The notes below the pieces were generated by a model. The model saw only the letters and a program-made list of their open reading frames with translations. It was not told the origin of the DNA and made no database searches. From the NCBI RefSeq assembly GCF_009914755.1, contig NC_060944.1: a stretch of 64,000 nucleotides of DNA; one strand, written 5' to 3'. The position numbers were made by a program, and so were the translations under genes. Source of the stretch: the human T2T-CHM13v2.0 reference genome, Homo sapiens. Below are positions 43,037-56,682 of the stretch, in pieces; the first letter of the stretch is position 1; every line of letters begins with the position of its first letter.

Positions 43037-44987
43037 CAATCACAAACTTTTTTTTTAATAGAGATACAGTCTTTGTGTCTAGGCTCAAGCGGCAGTTGCT
43101 AGTTTCAACCTGAGTTGTTAATACATTTAACGTGGGTTCATTAGTGTTTGATATATTTCTTGTGGCTAGACCATGGGAAGAACTGCTGTCCTTTTGGTAG
43201 CGGGATACGTCATTGCCTGATGAGTTGATTAATCTTTGTTATTCTGCAATACCTGTTTGTCATGCATATCTTAGTATATGTGAATAGAGTATATGTCTGG
43301 TATGAATTGTGCCATTATAATGGTTCCTGATAGGAGAGATTCTATTTTCATTTGCTAGGTATTTGAGATAACATATTTACTCACTAGAGAGGAGTAAAAA
43401 TTAAGTATTAATATTTAATGAACGGATACTAAGTGAGAAAAAAATTAGAGCCTTTGGACTAAATATTTATTATCTTACAAGAGCAAATAGCTATGTTATA
43501 AAATGAGAATATGCAAATAATAAAATGGAAAATTGAAAGTAATTATCTTTACATGTGCTGTAAAGTTGCTAGTTGAATTTATTGCCTATTCTTTTTACCA
43601 GTTCAAAGGTTAGTGGGAAAATACCGTTTTGACAGCAGACTTCTGACAGCTTAATAATAATGATCAAGCTTTGTGCATTTTATTTAAACATCTATAGTCA
43701 ACATGCTCTATTAGTAGCTCTCCTTGTATCTTTTGCAAAAATAAGATTTTAGGGAAAAATGTTATGTTTTATCTCAACAAAAAAGTCTAGTGTATGTTTT
43801 ATATTTGCATCTCTTACCCTGTATGTTTAAATTACAAAGAAATTCCTTAGTTCAAATGAGCATGAAGTTGTTTGGCAAACTGAGATTACATAGCTACAAA
43901 ACCCTTGGTAGATGGTATCTATAAATAGAAGTGTCTAACGTGGAAAGTGCTCTGAACAATATAAACGGGACTTTTGCAAAAAGAAGTGGAGAGGAGGAAA
44001 GCCTACAGCGTTGATTTAAAAGACTGTAATTAGAATTAGGTTCCGATAATTAGATCCCAGTAGACTGAGTTCTTTTTCCTCAAACAAACAAATCATAAAT
44101 GAGTATAGGATGTCATTTCTACAGGAATGAAAATAGAAATGGAATTTTAAATAAAGATTGTGAAGCAAAATGTGGCATTTTAATTCTTGCACCTGGAATC
44201 ATTTCATAATGAAATGCAAATTAATTCTAAAAATCTCTGACCTCTGTTTTGCTGATTGCAGCCTAAAATCACTCATCTGGTTTTGAGAAAAAGAGAAAAT
44301 GCATGCCAAGATGAAACTATTTAGTATATACCTTGGAATTTTATAATGAACTTAGATGACTGACTGTGGCTAAATAAGTTTACATTTCCATTTTTAAGAA
44401 AGATCGGAAACCAAGAATGGAATACTTGGTATAAATTGGGGATGAAGCCACTGTGATTATCTGAAGTCATTCATTGGCTTAAAATTTTGTTCATCCTTCA
44501 CTAGTGAGTTCTTATGGGATGTGTGCTTATTGTATACTCTTTAGTTCTAAATTTGCAAGAGAAGTAAAACTGGAATCTACTTTTTAGTTTTGAAAAATGT
44601 AAGTCTGAGCTTCATTAACTAGCACTTATAAAAAAGAAGACACACTCCAATTGACATTTTCACATTGATGTTTAATTTAAATAAGAACCAATATTTCTAT
44701 GGTGGTGAGCTGATTGAGAGGTAAAAGACCTTTAAATCTCCTTCTGAAGCTTACTGCCCAATAATATTTTATTTTCTATATCATTTTATTGACCAATGTT
44801 GTCATCAGTTTATCTAACAGAAAAATAAAAATTGCAATGTCATTAAAAATATATACCACCAAAAAAATACGGTTGATGCAGTTGAAGAAGTAAATGGCAA
44901 ATTCACAGATATTCATAAAACAGCTATTGTATAAGACTGAGACTAGAATGAAAATTTTGTATCTAATGAAAATAAGATGTCTTCTTC

Positions 44988-45215
44988 TTTATTTATACTC
45001 ACATCCCCTTTCTAAAAGGAATCTGAAGCTCTTTACAATAAGACCACCTAGATTTTTTTAACTATGAATAGAGATGAAAAATCAGAACACAGGCAAAAAG
45101 AAGGAAAAAAGCATAAGGTAGGGTGGTAACCAAGAGACTCAATGTAATTTATTATAATTTTTATAGTTAGTCTCTGAGCTTCCTGGGGGCAAAAGAAAAT
45201 GAAACCTGTATGTCC
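44988..45215 (-). mobile_element. Possible L4 (RTE-X) ancient LINE 3' fragment
   Basis: tttatttatactcacatcccctttctaaaaggaatctgaagctctttaca and ctctgagcttcctgg resemble the recalled L4 3' end; tentative. Confidence 0.35.
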
Positions 45216-47043
45216 ATATTGTCTTAAGTTTTAACTGTAAATACAGTGAGGTTTTTGTTAGACTTAATAGTGTGCATATAGACACACATTCAGTACATGT
45301 TTTCTGATGCCTTCCATCCACAGGTTACCTGGTTCAATTGTCAATGCCTAAGTCATCTTTAAAATTGCTCAGTGCTTTTATAATATTCATAAGTCACTGA
45401 AAATAGAACAAAACAAACAAAACACTGGCACTTTTTCTTCATTTTATTTCACTGTTGAACTTGATAATGTTGGAAACCTGAGCAGAATAAGATAGTTTGA
45501 TGATTGGCTGGGCTCTTCATCACGGCTTGCCTTTCAGTATAAGATATTAAAATAGTGGTTTTCAAATCTTATAGCCCTAGTATCATCTTAGAGGTTTCAG
45601 AGACAATTTCCAAAGTAAGTGGGAAGCCAATTTACCCAGAACAATTTACTCATAACTGCTTTATCCAGAATAAGTTAACTTTTCTCTACTTTACAATGTT
45701 AGATTGTATTTTGATTTGCTTTGAAACAAAGTTCTGCTGAAAGCAGTTTAATAATCACTTAAACTGGTGGTGAGTAAAGACCACCAACAGTGCTATAGTA
45801 AAAGGAACTGATAGATGACCCTCGGGGGTGAGGTTTGTGAAACCTCTAACAAGGGAATCCTAACTATGGATGGATAGTTTTTATAATGTTAGCAACCCTC
45901 TAAAATTGTAAGAAAATGCTACATATTTTACAGGCAATTAATCTAGGGGGATAGCCAAGAGTTTTCTTCGGTTCTTGTATTATCATTAAATTTTAGAAAT
46001 GGATAAATATTTTTTAAAAAGCACCTAGAATGGATTTATTGAATAGTTAATAAAAGAAATAAAACATTATAGGAAACATTGAAATCCCTTTTTTAAAACC
46101 CTCCAGACATATTTCTGTTGTTCTCTTCTCAAACACAACTACTCTTTTTAATTTGGTATGTATAATTCCTGTTTTTTACGCTTTCACTACATATGTAGAT
46201 CCTGCCATTAAAATACATGTTGTGTTAATTGAGTGTTTATGAAAATTTTCATAAATATTTTACCACAAATGTCATTAACCATCTTGTTTCATCACATTTT
46301 ATTTTATTTTTTGTGTGAACACGTATAGTTTCTAGTTCATTTAATTGCCTGATGCAGTTCTATATTATGAATATGTCACATTTAATCAATTCATTTCATC
46401 TCTATGGAAAAATACTAAAGTACTTTCCACTCACTCACTAGGTCAAGTAGCATAACAGGGAACATCTTTGCACACATTTTTAAGAGTTGGACTAGACTGG
46501 AATGTAACTAAAAGTGTACTTGAGGCTCACAGAGTATGCACATCTCCAAATTGTGTTTGTAAAATCCAAGTTATCATCCAGAATAGCTGTACCTGTTTAC
46601 ATTCTCCTCAGCATTGTATGAAGGTTCAGGGTTTTTGGCATCCAACAGTGGTACTGTATATTCAGACTTTAATTTTTACAGTTGAATGGGTATAAAAGAG
46701 CATCTCACTGCTGCTTTCAAGTGCATTTCCCTTATTTCTAGTAAGATATCTTCTCACTTAATGTCCATTGGGTTTCTTTCTGTGAATTGCCTTTGTGTTC
46801 ATTGCTCATTTTTTTCCCTAGTAGGTTAACATCTTTTTCTAGATGCCATGTAGGAGTTCCTTACATATTTGGTATAATAATTATGTGTTGCCAAAATACA
46901 TTTATTCCCAGTCTGGAGCTGCTCTTTTAACTTTGTCCATGGAGACAGATTTTAAAATTATGTTTTAAATTTTATTGTGGAAAAAATGTGCAGATCTTCT
47001 TCTTTATGGTTTCTGCCATTCATGTCTTCACAAATCCCTCCCA

Positions 47044-47337
<294 letters not shown>

Positions 47338-47664
47338 TCCTTTTCTATAACAATTTTATAAAATTATCCTGTCAATCCTATACCTTCTTTTAAAAAGGTT
47401 AAAATGTTTCTATACCTACTTAGGCTATCAACCTCACCTGGCCAGAATTCTGTGATAGGCCATGTTTCTATAAATGTACAACGCTATTTCTGTGACCTCT
47501 TTTTGTTGCATTGATTTAACTCTACTCCAGATTTAAATTTTCAGTGACTGTAGTTTTATAACCTTGATGTCTGGAAGGGCAAAACCCCATATATCTTATT
47601 TATTATCTTCAAAACTGATTTAAATATTCTTGAGATTTTCTCTTCTAGGTGAATTATAGAATTA

Positions 47665-48037
<373 letters not shown>

Positions 48038-48424
48038 TAGATTAATTTTATGATAATTGTTACTTTTTGAACTTGAGTCCTCCAATCCACAAACATTGTA
48101 TATTTATGTGTATTTTGACATTTTTTGTAAATATTTGCAGTACTTTTCCTTGTACCTTTTGACATTTTCATCTTTTACATGCATGTGTTGTAACTTCATT
48201 TTGCCACGTCTGAATTTTTTCATTTGTCTTATTTTGATGTTCATTCTTTTGTTGATTTGTTTATTGTTTGTTTGTTTTCCCTCTAATATGAGAATTCATG
48301 TCTTTTGTCAACTCTGGAAAATGCTCAGTCATTGTTGCCTTTATCTCATTCTCTATTCTCATTATTTTTGAAACTCATGGAAGACTCTTGATATGCATAA
48401 AATCTTGCAAAAGCTTCAGAGGGA

Positions 48425-48680
48425 AATATATGTATAATTTCTATATATATATGCACACATTATATATAGATATACGCACATACACACATATAAGTGATTT
48501 TATCATATATATAATCACATATGATTATAATACAATCCCTTATATATAATCACATATATACACATATATGTATATATACATATGTAATTACACTTACATA
48601 CATATATAATCACTTATATGATTACGTATATCACTGATATGTATATATAATCACTTATATGTGTGTATGTGTATATATAG
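48425..48680. repeat. (TA)n/(CATATA)n-rich low-complexity microsatellite
   Basis: Repeated tatatataatcac / atatacacatatatg units. Confidence 0.85.
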
Positions 48681-49959
48681 TCTTATGGTCGCCAAATTCT
48701 CTTTTCTATTTTTCAACTACACCAAGCCCACTTTCGACCACAATAATGCTATTTATATCTTTACATGTTTACCTTCCACATAAGATTCATTTGAAGAAGA
48801 GAACACAGCTTTCCTTGGTGCCAGCTTTCCCTGAGTCTATGTATTTTTTTGTTATACAGTTGTGTTTTAAGATTGTACAGACAGTTGATATAACTGATCT
48901 TTGGAAACTCTATTCTGAAAGAATAGAGTGCCACTATTCCTGAGCAAGAAAGAGATGTTTTCAATTTCATTTCCTGAACCTTCCCACTCTCCCGTTACAC
49001 TTAACTTAAACAAATGTACGTACATCATTGCATTTATAACTATCAGAGATACAAGTCAGAGAACTGGCCAGGATGTTCATTAATCATGTTTGCTGGTAGT
49101 AATAAAGGGAAAATCCTTAAAAGCTATGTTGTTTGCCTTGTGGGTGTTAGTCACATAAAATTCATGGCTTTGCCCTAAACTAGTGCGCAGTAAAGACCAG
49201 ACAATTGCTTATCATGAGGATGGATTGCTTTGGCATTAGTGCTTCCTGACTTAAAAGAGGGGCTTATTTGTTCAGAAAATGGGCCGGCATTGGATGAGCT
49301 TTCATTATTTCCTGCCTCTACTTGTGTACTCTTGCATTTTGCAAAATATTGCCAGTCTTCTGTTATTCAAGTAAATGTTTCAACTGTCTATATAAATCAT
49401 TTCTCTTGATGCAACCAAATTATTTAACTCAGAAAGTCCATCCATCAGGTGCTTCACAATTTATCATTATTTTAAAGTAATTGGTCTACTCAGTAGCATA
49501 ACACTTACTGACATAATAAAGTCATGTGGATTATAGATAAACTCGTGAGATACCTGGAACTTGGAACTATCATTCCTATATAGGGCCAAATAATCCACTA
49601 TTGATTTGGAACAACAAGGTGAAGAAAATTAAGCCTCCCCAATTCCAGCTAGTATTTTAATTGAAAGAGCTCCAAGAAAGACTCAGGTGCTGTAATTGTG
49701 CGGTAATTTGGTATGGCAGCTTCTAATTATGAAGCACGAATAAGAACAACCTTGGGAAAAATCTCGGTATGCCAAGATTCACCCATTGCAGAAGCAGAAT
49801 CTGAGCCAAATGGTAATTTGTGAGGTTATTAAAATGACTATTAAAGGCTTGGATCAGATACCTCTCAACTTCTGAACTTTGAGTTAACTAGAAGTTGATC
49901 AGAGTTAGCTTTCTGGAGCTTTTCATTTGTTTCTGTATTTTGTTAAAAGAAAAAAAATC

Positions 49960-50215
49960 TGACTTGCATGCTTATTGCATGTTAAGTACTGTGCTGGGCA
50001 TTTTATACATTTTAGCTCATTTAATTAAATTATCATAATGCTATGATAGTTTTAGCATCTAAACTAGCCTAAAAAGGGCTAGTTTTAGGCCCTTTTTACA
50101 AATAATAAAATTGTGTTTCAGGGAGGTGAGCAAATTTCTCAAGGTTATCCAGCTAATCACTATTCAAAACCAGGTCTGTCTTTTCCCAACGCCTGTTTAC
50201 TTCCCTCTACAACAA
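49960..50215 (-). mobile_element. MIR SINE
   Basis: tactgtgctgggcattttatacattttagctcatttaat ... tttacaaataataaaattg..tcagggaggtgag..aatttctcaaggttatccagcta. Confidence 0.65.
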
Positions 50216-50989
50216 CAGTAATGATGAATGAATGCATCGACATATGTTCATCTCAAGGCTATCTCAGTGCTCCTTAAGCATTATCTAGTTTGACTGGGAA
50301 CTTTTTTGAGGCCATGTGGTCCATGTTTACCAAATGATTCAGGCATATCTAGCCATCCTTGAGAACTTGTCAGAGCAGGTTAAGAGGTTAAGAGACAGGC
50401 AATATTGTTAATACTTGTTATTAATACTTGCTTCAGTATTCTCCACTTTGTATTTGTGGCAATTTTGGATTGGTAGGTAATGAATAGAAGATAGAGTTAC
50501 GGAATATTAGATAATTTTATAACTCTTTGGATGCTTAAGAGCCTAGAAAAGTATATAAATATCAGCAGTGCAAGGAGAAGGAAGCAGGTTGGATACAGAG
50601 AGAACTTGGACCCTTTGATTGCTCAGCAGGTGGTTGGATATCCTGAGATGGGGAAGAAGGACAGACCTCAATATCTCTGCATTGACTAACTGGGTCAATA
50701 CAGAGCTGCCTAAAGTTGTATTTACCGCTGGAAAATAAAAGTGAAGAAATAGTAATCAAAACAGATTTTTATATGCCTTATTGCTAAAAGTGAGTATTAT
50801 AGATAATGCCACTAATTTCAGTAAAGGCAGTCTTATTCCATATTATTACCTTACTCCTACCACTGGGACTGTGAGAAAACACTAAACCACTAGCATTGTC
50901 TAATTTGCTACTACAAAAATTACTTCTAACAGAAAGTGAGAGATTAGGGGATTATAAAATGTTAATGCTGGATAAGACTTTTGAAACCA

Positions 50990-51120
50990 CTCCTGTTTTA
51001 CGGATGAAGAAACTAAACTAGAGAAATGAATTAGCTAGTTCAAAGTCAGACAACTAGTTACCCATAAGACTAAGACAAAAATTCAAATGATCTGACTTCC
51101 AACTCAGTGATATACCCACA
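50990..51120 (-). mobile_element. MIR fragment
   Basis: ttttacggatgaagaaactaaactagagaaatgaattagctagttcaaagtcagacaactagt. Confidence 0.6.
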
Positions 51121-51168
51121 ATATCATGCCAACTTCTAGTTTTATTTTAATGTTCTATTCTTATTTTT

Positions 51169-51463
51169 TATTTATTTATTTTAAGACAGAGTCTCACTCT
51201 GTCGCCCAGGCTGGAGTGCAGTGGCGCAATCTTGGCTCACTGCAAGCTCCGCCTCCTGGGTTCACATCATTCTCCTGCCTCAGCCTCCTGAGTAGCTGGG
51301 ACTACAGGCACCTGCCACCATGCCTGGCTAATTTTTTGTATTTTTAGTAGAGATGGGGTTTCACCGTGTTAGCCAGGATGGTCTCGATCTCCTGACCTCG
51401 TGATCCGCCCGCTTCGGCCTCCCAAAGTGCAGGGATTACAGGCATAAGCCACCACGTCAGGCC
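51169..51463 (-). mobile_element. AluY
   Basis: gcaagctccgcctcc and accgtgttagccaggatggtctcgatctcctgacctcgtgatccgccc. TSD tctattcttattttt at 51154-51168 and 51464-51478, followed by AA. Confidence 0.95.
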
Positions 51464-52139
51464 TCTATTCTTATTTTTAATGTTAATTTCTTTAAGTGTA
51501 TTACATTTGAACAATGTAAAACTCATTTCTATTAGAAAACAGTTAGATTTCTAGAGTCTCTTCCTACTCACTGGTCTCCACAGGGGAAAAAAAGGAAGAC
51601 TGTGATAAAAAGAAAAAGAGAAAAGAGAAGGAATAAAAAGGACAAGAAAAAAGATTATTTTGCTTCATTTTTAGCTATTTATCCTCAGATAAAATTGAGA
51701 ACTGAAATCTGAAAACCGTTAAACTCATGACTTACTTTTATTATGGAGGAATTAGTTTTTCCTTTTATTATGGAGGAATTAGTATTTCTCATTTATCTTT
51801 CAGCTCTCAAGTACTCCCTGTGTGAATTCGAACATTTATTCCACTTAAAAAATTCACAAGAAATGCCCAAAGTCTAACATGTTTCCAGATTGGGAATATT
51901 TTCACTAATACAGTACTTTGTCCTCCTGGGTAAGAAAGAAGCTCTCTGATTACTGGTCTGAAACTTAGAGAATAAGACAATGCTTTTCATGTAATTGATT
52001 CATATACATGGGAACGAATGCCTTTGCAAAGCAGTTATTTCTATGCCTGACCTACAGAGAGTCTGTAGTGAGCCACGCATGTGGTATCATTAGTCACTGA
52101 TGATGACAACGAGAACAGGAAGATTGGAGTGGCAGGATA

Positions 52140-52428
52140 ATCATTCTCAGCAAACTAACACAGGAACAGAAAACCAAACACTGCACGTTCTCACTTATAA
52201 GTGGGAGTTGAACAATGAGAACACATGGACACAGGGAGGGAAACATCACACACTGGGGCCTGTCGGTGGGTGGGGGCCTGAGGGAGGTATAGCATTAGGA
52301 GAAACATCTAATTAGATGATGGGTTAATGGGTGCAGCAAACCACCATGGCACGTGTATACCTATGTAACAAACCTGCACGTTCTGCATATGTATCCCAGA
52401 ACTTAAGCTATAAGAAAAAAATAAAAGA
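52140..52428 (+). mobile_element. L1PA7/8-like 3' end (~290 bp)
   Basis: atcattctcagcaaactaacacaggaacagaaaaccaaacac ... gggtgcagcaaaccaccatggcacgtgtatacctatgtaacaaacctgcacgttctgca..tgtatcccagaacttaa plus A-rich tail. Confidence 0.92.
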
Positions 52429-52594
52429 AGAGAGAGAGAGAGAGAGAAAGGAACCCAAAGTCCTAGAAAAAAGCATGGGGCCAGGGGGATTCGTTTTCAA
52501 CCTTGGTATGAGAAAGGCTTTCTAACTATAACTCAAAATCCAGAAGCAATAAAATTGAAAAAAAAAAAAAAAAAGGAAAGAAAGAAGGAAAGAT

Positions 52595-52745
52595 GGGTGG
52601 TAGAGAGACCCAGTAGAGGGCAGCATCAGTAATCCAGGCATGAGGAGATGATACTGTGCTGGAATGGTGGGGGAAGAGAAAGGTAGGGGCACATGCTGGA
52701 GAAACTTTAAAGGAAAAATTGAGATGTATGAGTGATTGAATGTAT
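52595..52745 (-). mobile_element. L2 fragment
   Basis: gagacccagtag...cagtaatccaggcatgag.agatgat ... gagtgattgaatgt resembles antisense L2. Confidence 0.5.
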
Positions 52746-53327
52746 TGGAGTTAAGATACTGACGATTATAATAATGTATCTTGCATTTATATGTTATGTT
52801 ATGCATTTATTTGTGCTCCAATAAAGTCTATCATATCATTGATCAAAATTACTATATAGTCTTCCTTTGTTTTGAGAGGATAATTTATTTCAGGAAGAAG
52901 AAATAAACTGCACAAGGAAAGTTCTTCTAAGTCAATAGCTTATTTACCACCAAGATTAATGACACACAATCACTTTAACAGTTAAAAAGTATATGTGATT
53001 TTTATATATGTGAAACTTTAGTGCAAATCAAACTCAAACAGAATAGTAAAAACATAAGAATTTTTTTTCAACCTTAACTGATGCATAAGATTATCTGGAC
53101 TATAAACTGGAAGACTACCAGTACTCAGAGGAGAGAATTCAGTGCAACGCATGCCAGATTTCATAAAACTGCAAAGATGACTGCATGGTGACTCTCGTTT
53201 CATGGTGCTTAGCTGCCACTGAGGCATGTGAATTCTAAATTGGTCTTCATAAATGTGAAGGAATGCCTGGAAGTCAAAGGAAAGCATTAAAGGAAACCCC
53301 TTATACATGTTTAATTCTCATAATCTG

Positions 53328-53452
53328 ATTGGTTATATCAAGAGGTATGACTATATATAAATGTATTACAAATAGTTATTGAAACACATTGTTACAATAG
53401 TTATTATTGGTTATATCAAGAGGTATGACTATATATGAATGTGTTACAAATA
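53328..53452. repeat. 47-bp direct repeat pair with a ~31-bp spacer
   Basis: attggttatatcaagaggtatgactatatat(a/g)aatgt(a/g)ttacaaata at 53328-53374 and 53406-53452. Confidence 0.9.
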
Positions 53453-53834
53453 AGCTATAGTTGCTATAATGTTTATAAATTACACAACACCTAAAGGTTA
53501 GGAAGTGGATAGCATCTTCTCATGAGATGGATAGCATCTTTATATATCTCTGACTTTTCCACTGGGCTTCAAATGCATATTAAAGGACATTCTATAAAAT
53601 TACCAGTATTCCATCATTTTTGGTCTACAAAAATGTCAGTTTCACATAGTTTGACCTAATATTTGCCACTCTCAACTTGTCATTTCCACTTGGCATAGTC
53701 TTGGCATTACGTAGGCATATGAAAATCCAGGGTTTGTTTTTTTTTTCCACCGAAACCTGTTCCAACCACAGGTGGTCCACAGCTGTCCACATTTCAGCAA
53801 ATGATGTGATACGATCATTCACTGGATGGCTCAC

Positions 53835-54530
53835 GTTTCAAACCTGGGCATAACTCTCACTTCTTTTCTCCCCAAACTCACATTCAATTCATTTGCAATT
53901 GCTTTTCTCTTCACCTGGAAAATGTATGTCTAATTTGTCTACTCCTCTCTGTCTCCACCATTAGCATCCTAGTTTGTCATTATTTTTTATTGAATTTATG
54001 TAAGAGAGTCCTAGCTAGTCACTTAGCTTTCCACTCTTGCCTTCCTCTAACTCAATCTCTAAACAAGCACATGAAGAATATTTAAGAATGTACATTAGAT
54101 TATGTCACTCCCATGCTTTAAACACTCCAAGGGCATCCCATGACACATAGAATAAAGTCCAAACTACATATAATAGTTACAAGGCTCTGCGTATTGTGAA
54201 CCTAACTTTCTGATTTCTTCTCCTACTCCAGGATTCACCATACTCAAAGTAAATTGGAAAACAGATCTTGGGTCTCTTGGGTCCTCTTGGGTCCTGTTGT
54301 TCCCTTTTCCTGAAAGCTCCTCTTTATCTTTACATAATTGGCTCCTTCCTGTAAATCAGGTCTCAGCTTGAATGACATATCTTTAGAGAGATCTTCTCTG
54401 ACAACATATTCTAAATAGCCACCCCCATCTGTCATTCTTTATCATACCATCATTTAAAAAAACCCTCAGCACAGCACTTATCACAATCTGAGTGATAGAT
54501 GTCTTATTCATCTATTTTTGTAGCAGGATG
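53835..54530 (+). mobile_element. L2 LINE 3' region
   Basis: agattatgtcactccc.tgctttaaacactccaa.ggc.tccca ... agaataaagtccaaact ... tcaggtctcagcttgaatg.ca ... cagcacttatcacaatctga. Confidence 0.75.
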
Positions 54531-54699
54531 TTAGAATGAAAGTTTTAGTTGGGAAATATTATTTTACAAAGTGAACAAGAGGAAAGAAGCTTTCAAAGTA
54601 GGACTAGGGAGTCATGTGGTTGACTGTAAAAATTCCTCATCCACAAAGAGGAAATAAAAGAATCAGAAAAATGAAGATTAGGAAATAACTTAGGGAAAG

Positions 54700-55528
54700 T
54701 TTTTTTTTTTTCAGGTAACCATTGGAGTTCCATTATTTAACAAATTGAATGATATAAACTTATAATTAATGTTATATTAAAACAAAGATAATAAATATGC
54801 AAAACGAATCACTTCTTAATTATGTTGTTATGTTTTGTTATTATCTATGCTCTTCAGGTAACCTAAGTCAACTGGTAGGAATACTACATACACAGTGATG
54901 TATTACTTGCTGCATATCTTCCCAACTCTGTTTTTGATAACATTATATTGTGCACGAAATTAGCCATGATGGAACTGTTTACACCAAGAAATTAGCAAAC
55001 AATATAGATTAAGGTTTTATTGTTTGTTAATAATTTCAACTTCAAAAATTGAGAAAATATTAATAATGCAGACTAAACTTAGTGTTGTGTCAGTAGCTAT
55101 AACATTGTGAATAGCACAAAAATCAAAGAAATATTCTAGTATTCTAAAGCTAGCTAATATAATAAAAACTCAGTCACATCACTGAGAACAAGTAAATTCT
55201 TGATACACTTTTTCACTCTTTCACTTTCATATTACTCATTACTGTAAATGAAAATACAGACCAATACCCACGTTGGAATTATACATGTTTATCAGTTCCA
55301 ACTATAGATTGACTACAGGTACAAAAGGTTGACAAGCATAAATGTACTTCTATAAGAATTAATTAACTATGTGGAATTTGCAGTAAAGAGTATTATATAT
55401 TTTATTATTGACTATGAGTTGTATGCTATACCTCTTTTTATTAGCAAAATTTATAATAAACTTCATACATGTGTGTATCCATTATTTTTAGAGAGCTCTT
55501 TGTTAAACATTTACCAGCACAGCGCTGT
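54700..55528 (+). mobile_element. MER63-type hAT-Blackjack DNA transposon fossil
   Basis: 3' terminus gagagctctttgttaaacatttaccagcacagcgctg matches the recalled MER63 end; internal gaaattagccatgatggaa..tttacacca. 5' boundary approximate. Confidence 0.65.
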
Positions 55529-55692
55529 GATAGACCCACTATCTAGCCAAGAGGAGGCAGGTTACTTCTTTTTTCACCTTAAATCAAGAAAGGGACACTT
55601 TACTAAGGCCACCGAGAGAGCACAGACTATATCCCCCACAACTGGGGGAGGGGATACTGTGAATTGGTGTCTTACTTCACTTTAAAAATCTA

Positions 55693-56682
<990 letters not shown>

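Noticed and set aside
53328-53452. Repeat-spacer-repeat as a CRISPR array
   Set aside because: Only two repeats, the spacer is derived from adjacent sequence, and the context is mammalian DNA.
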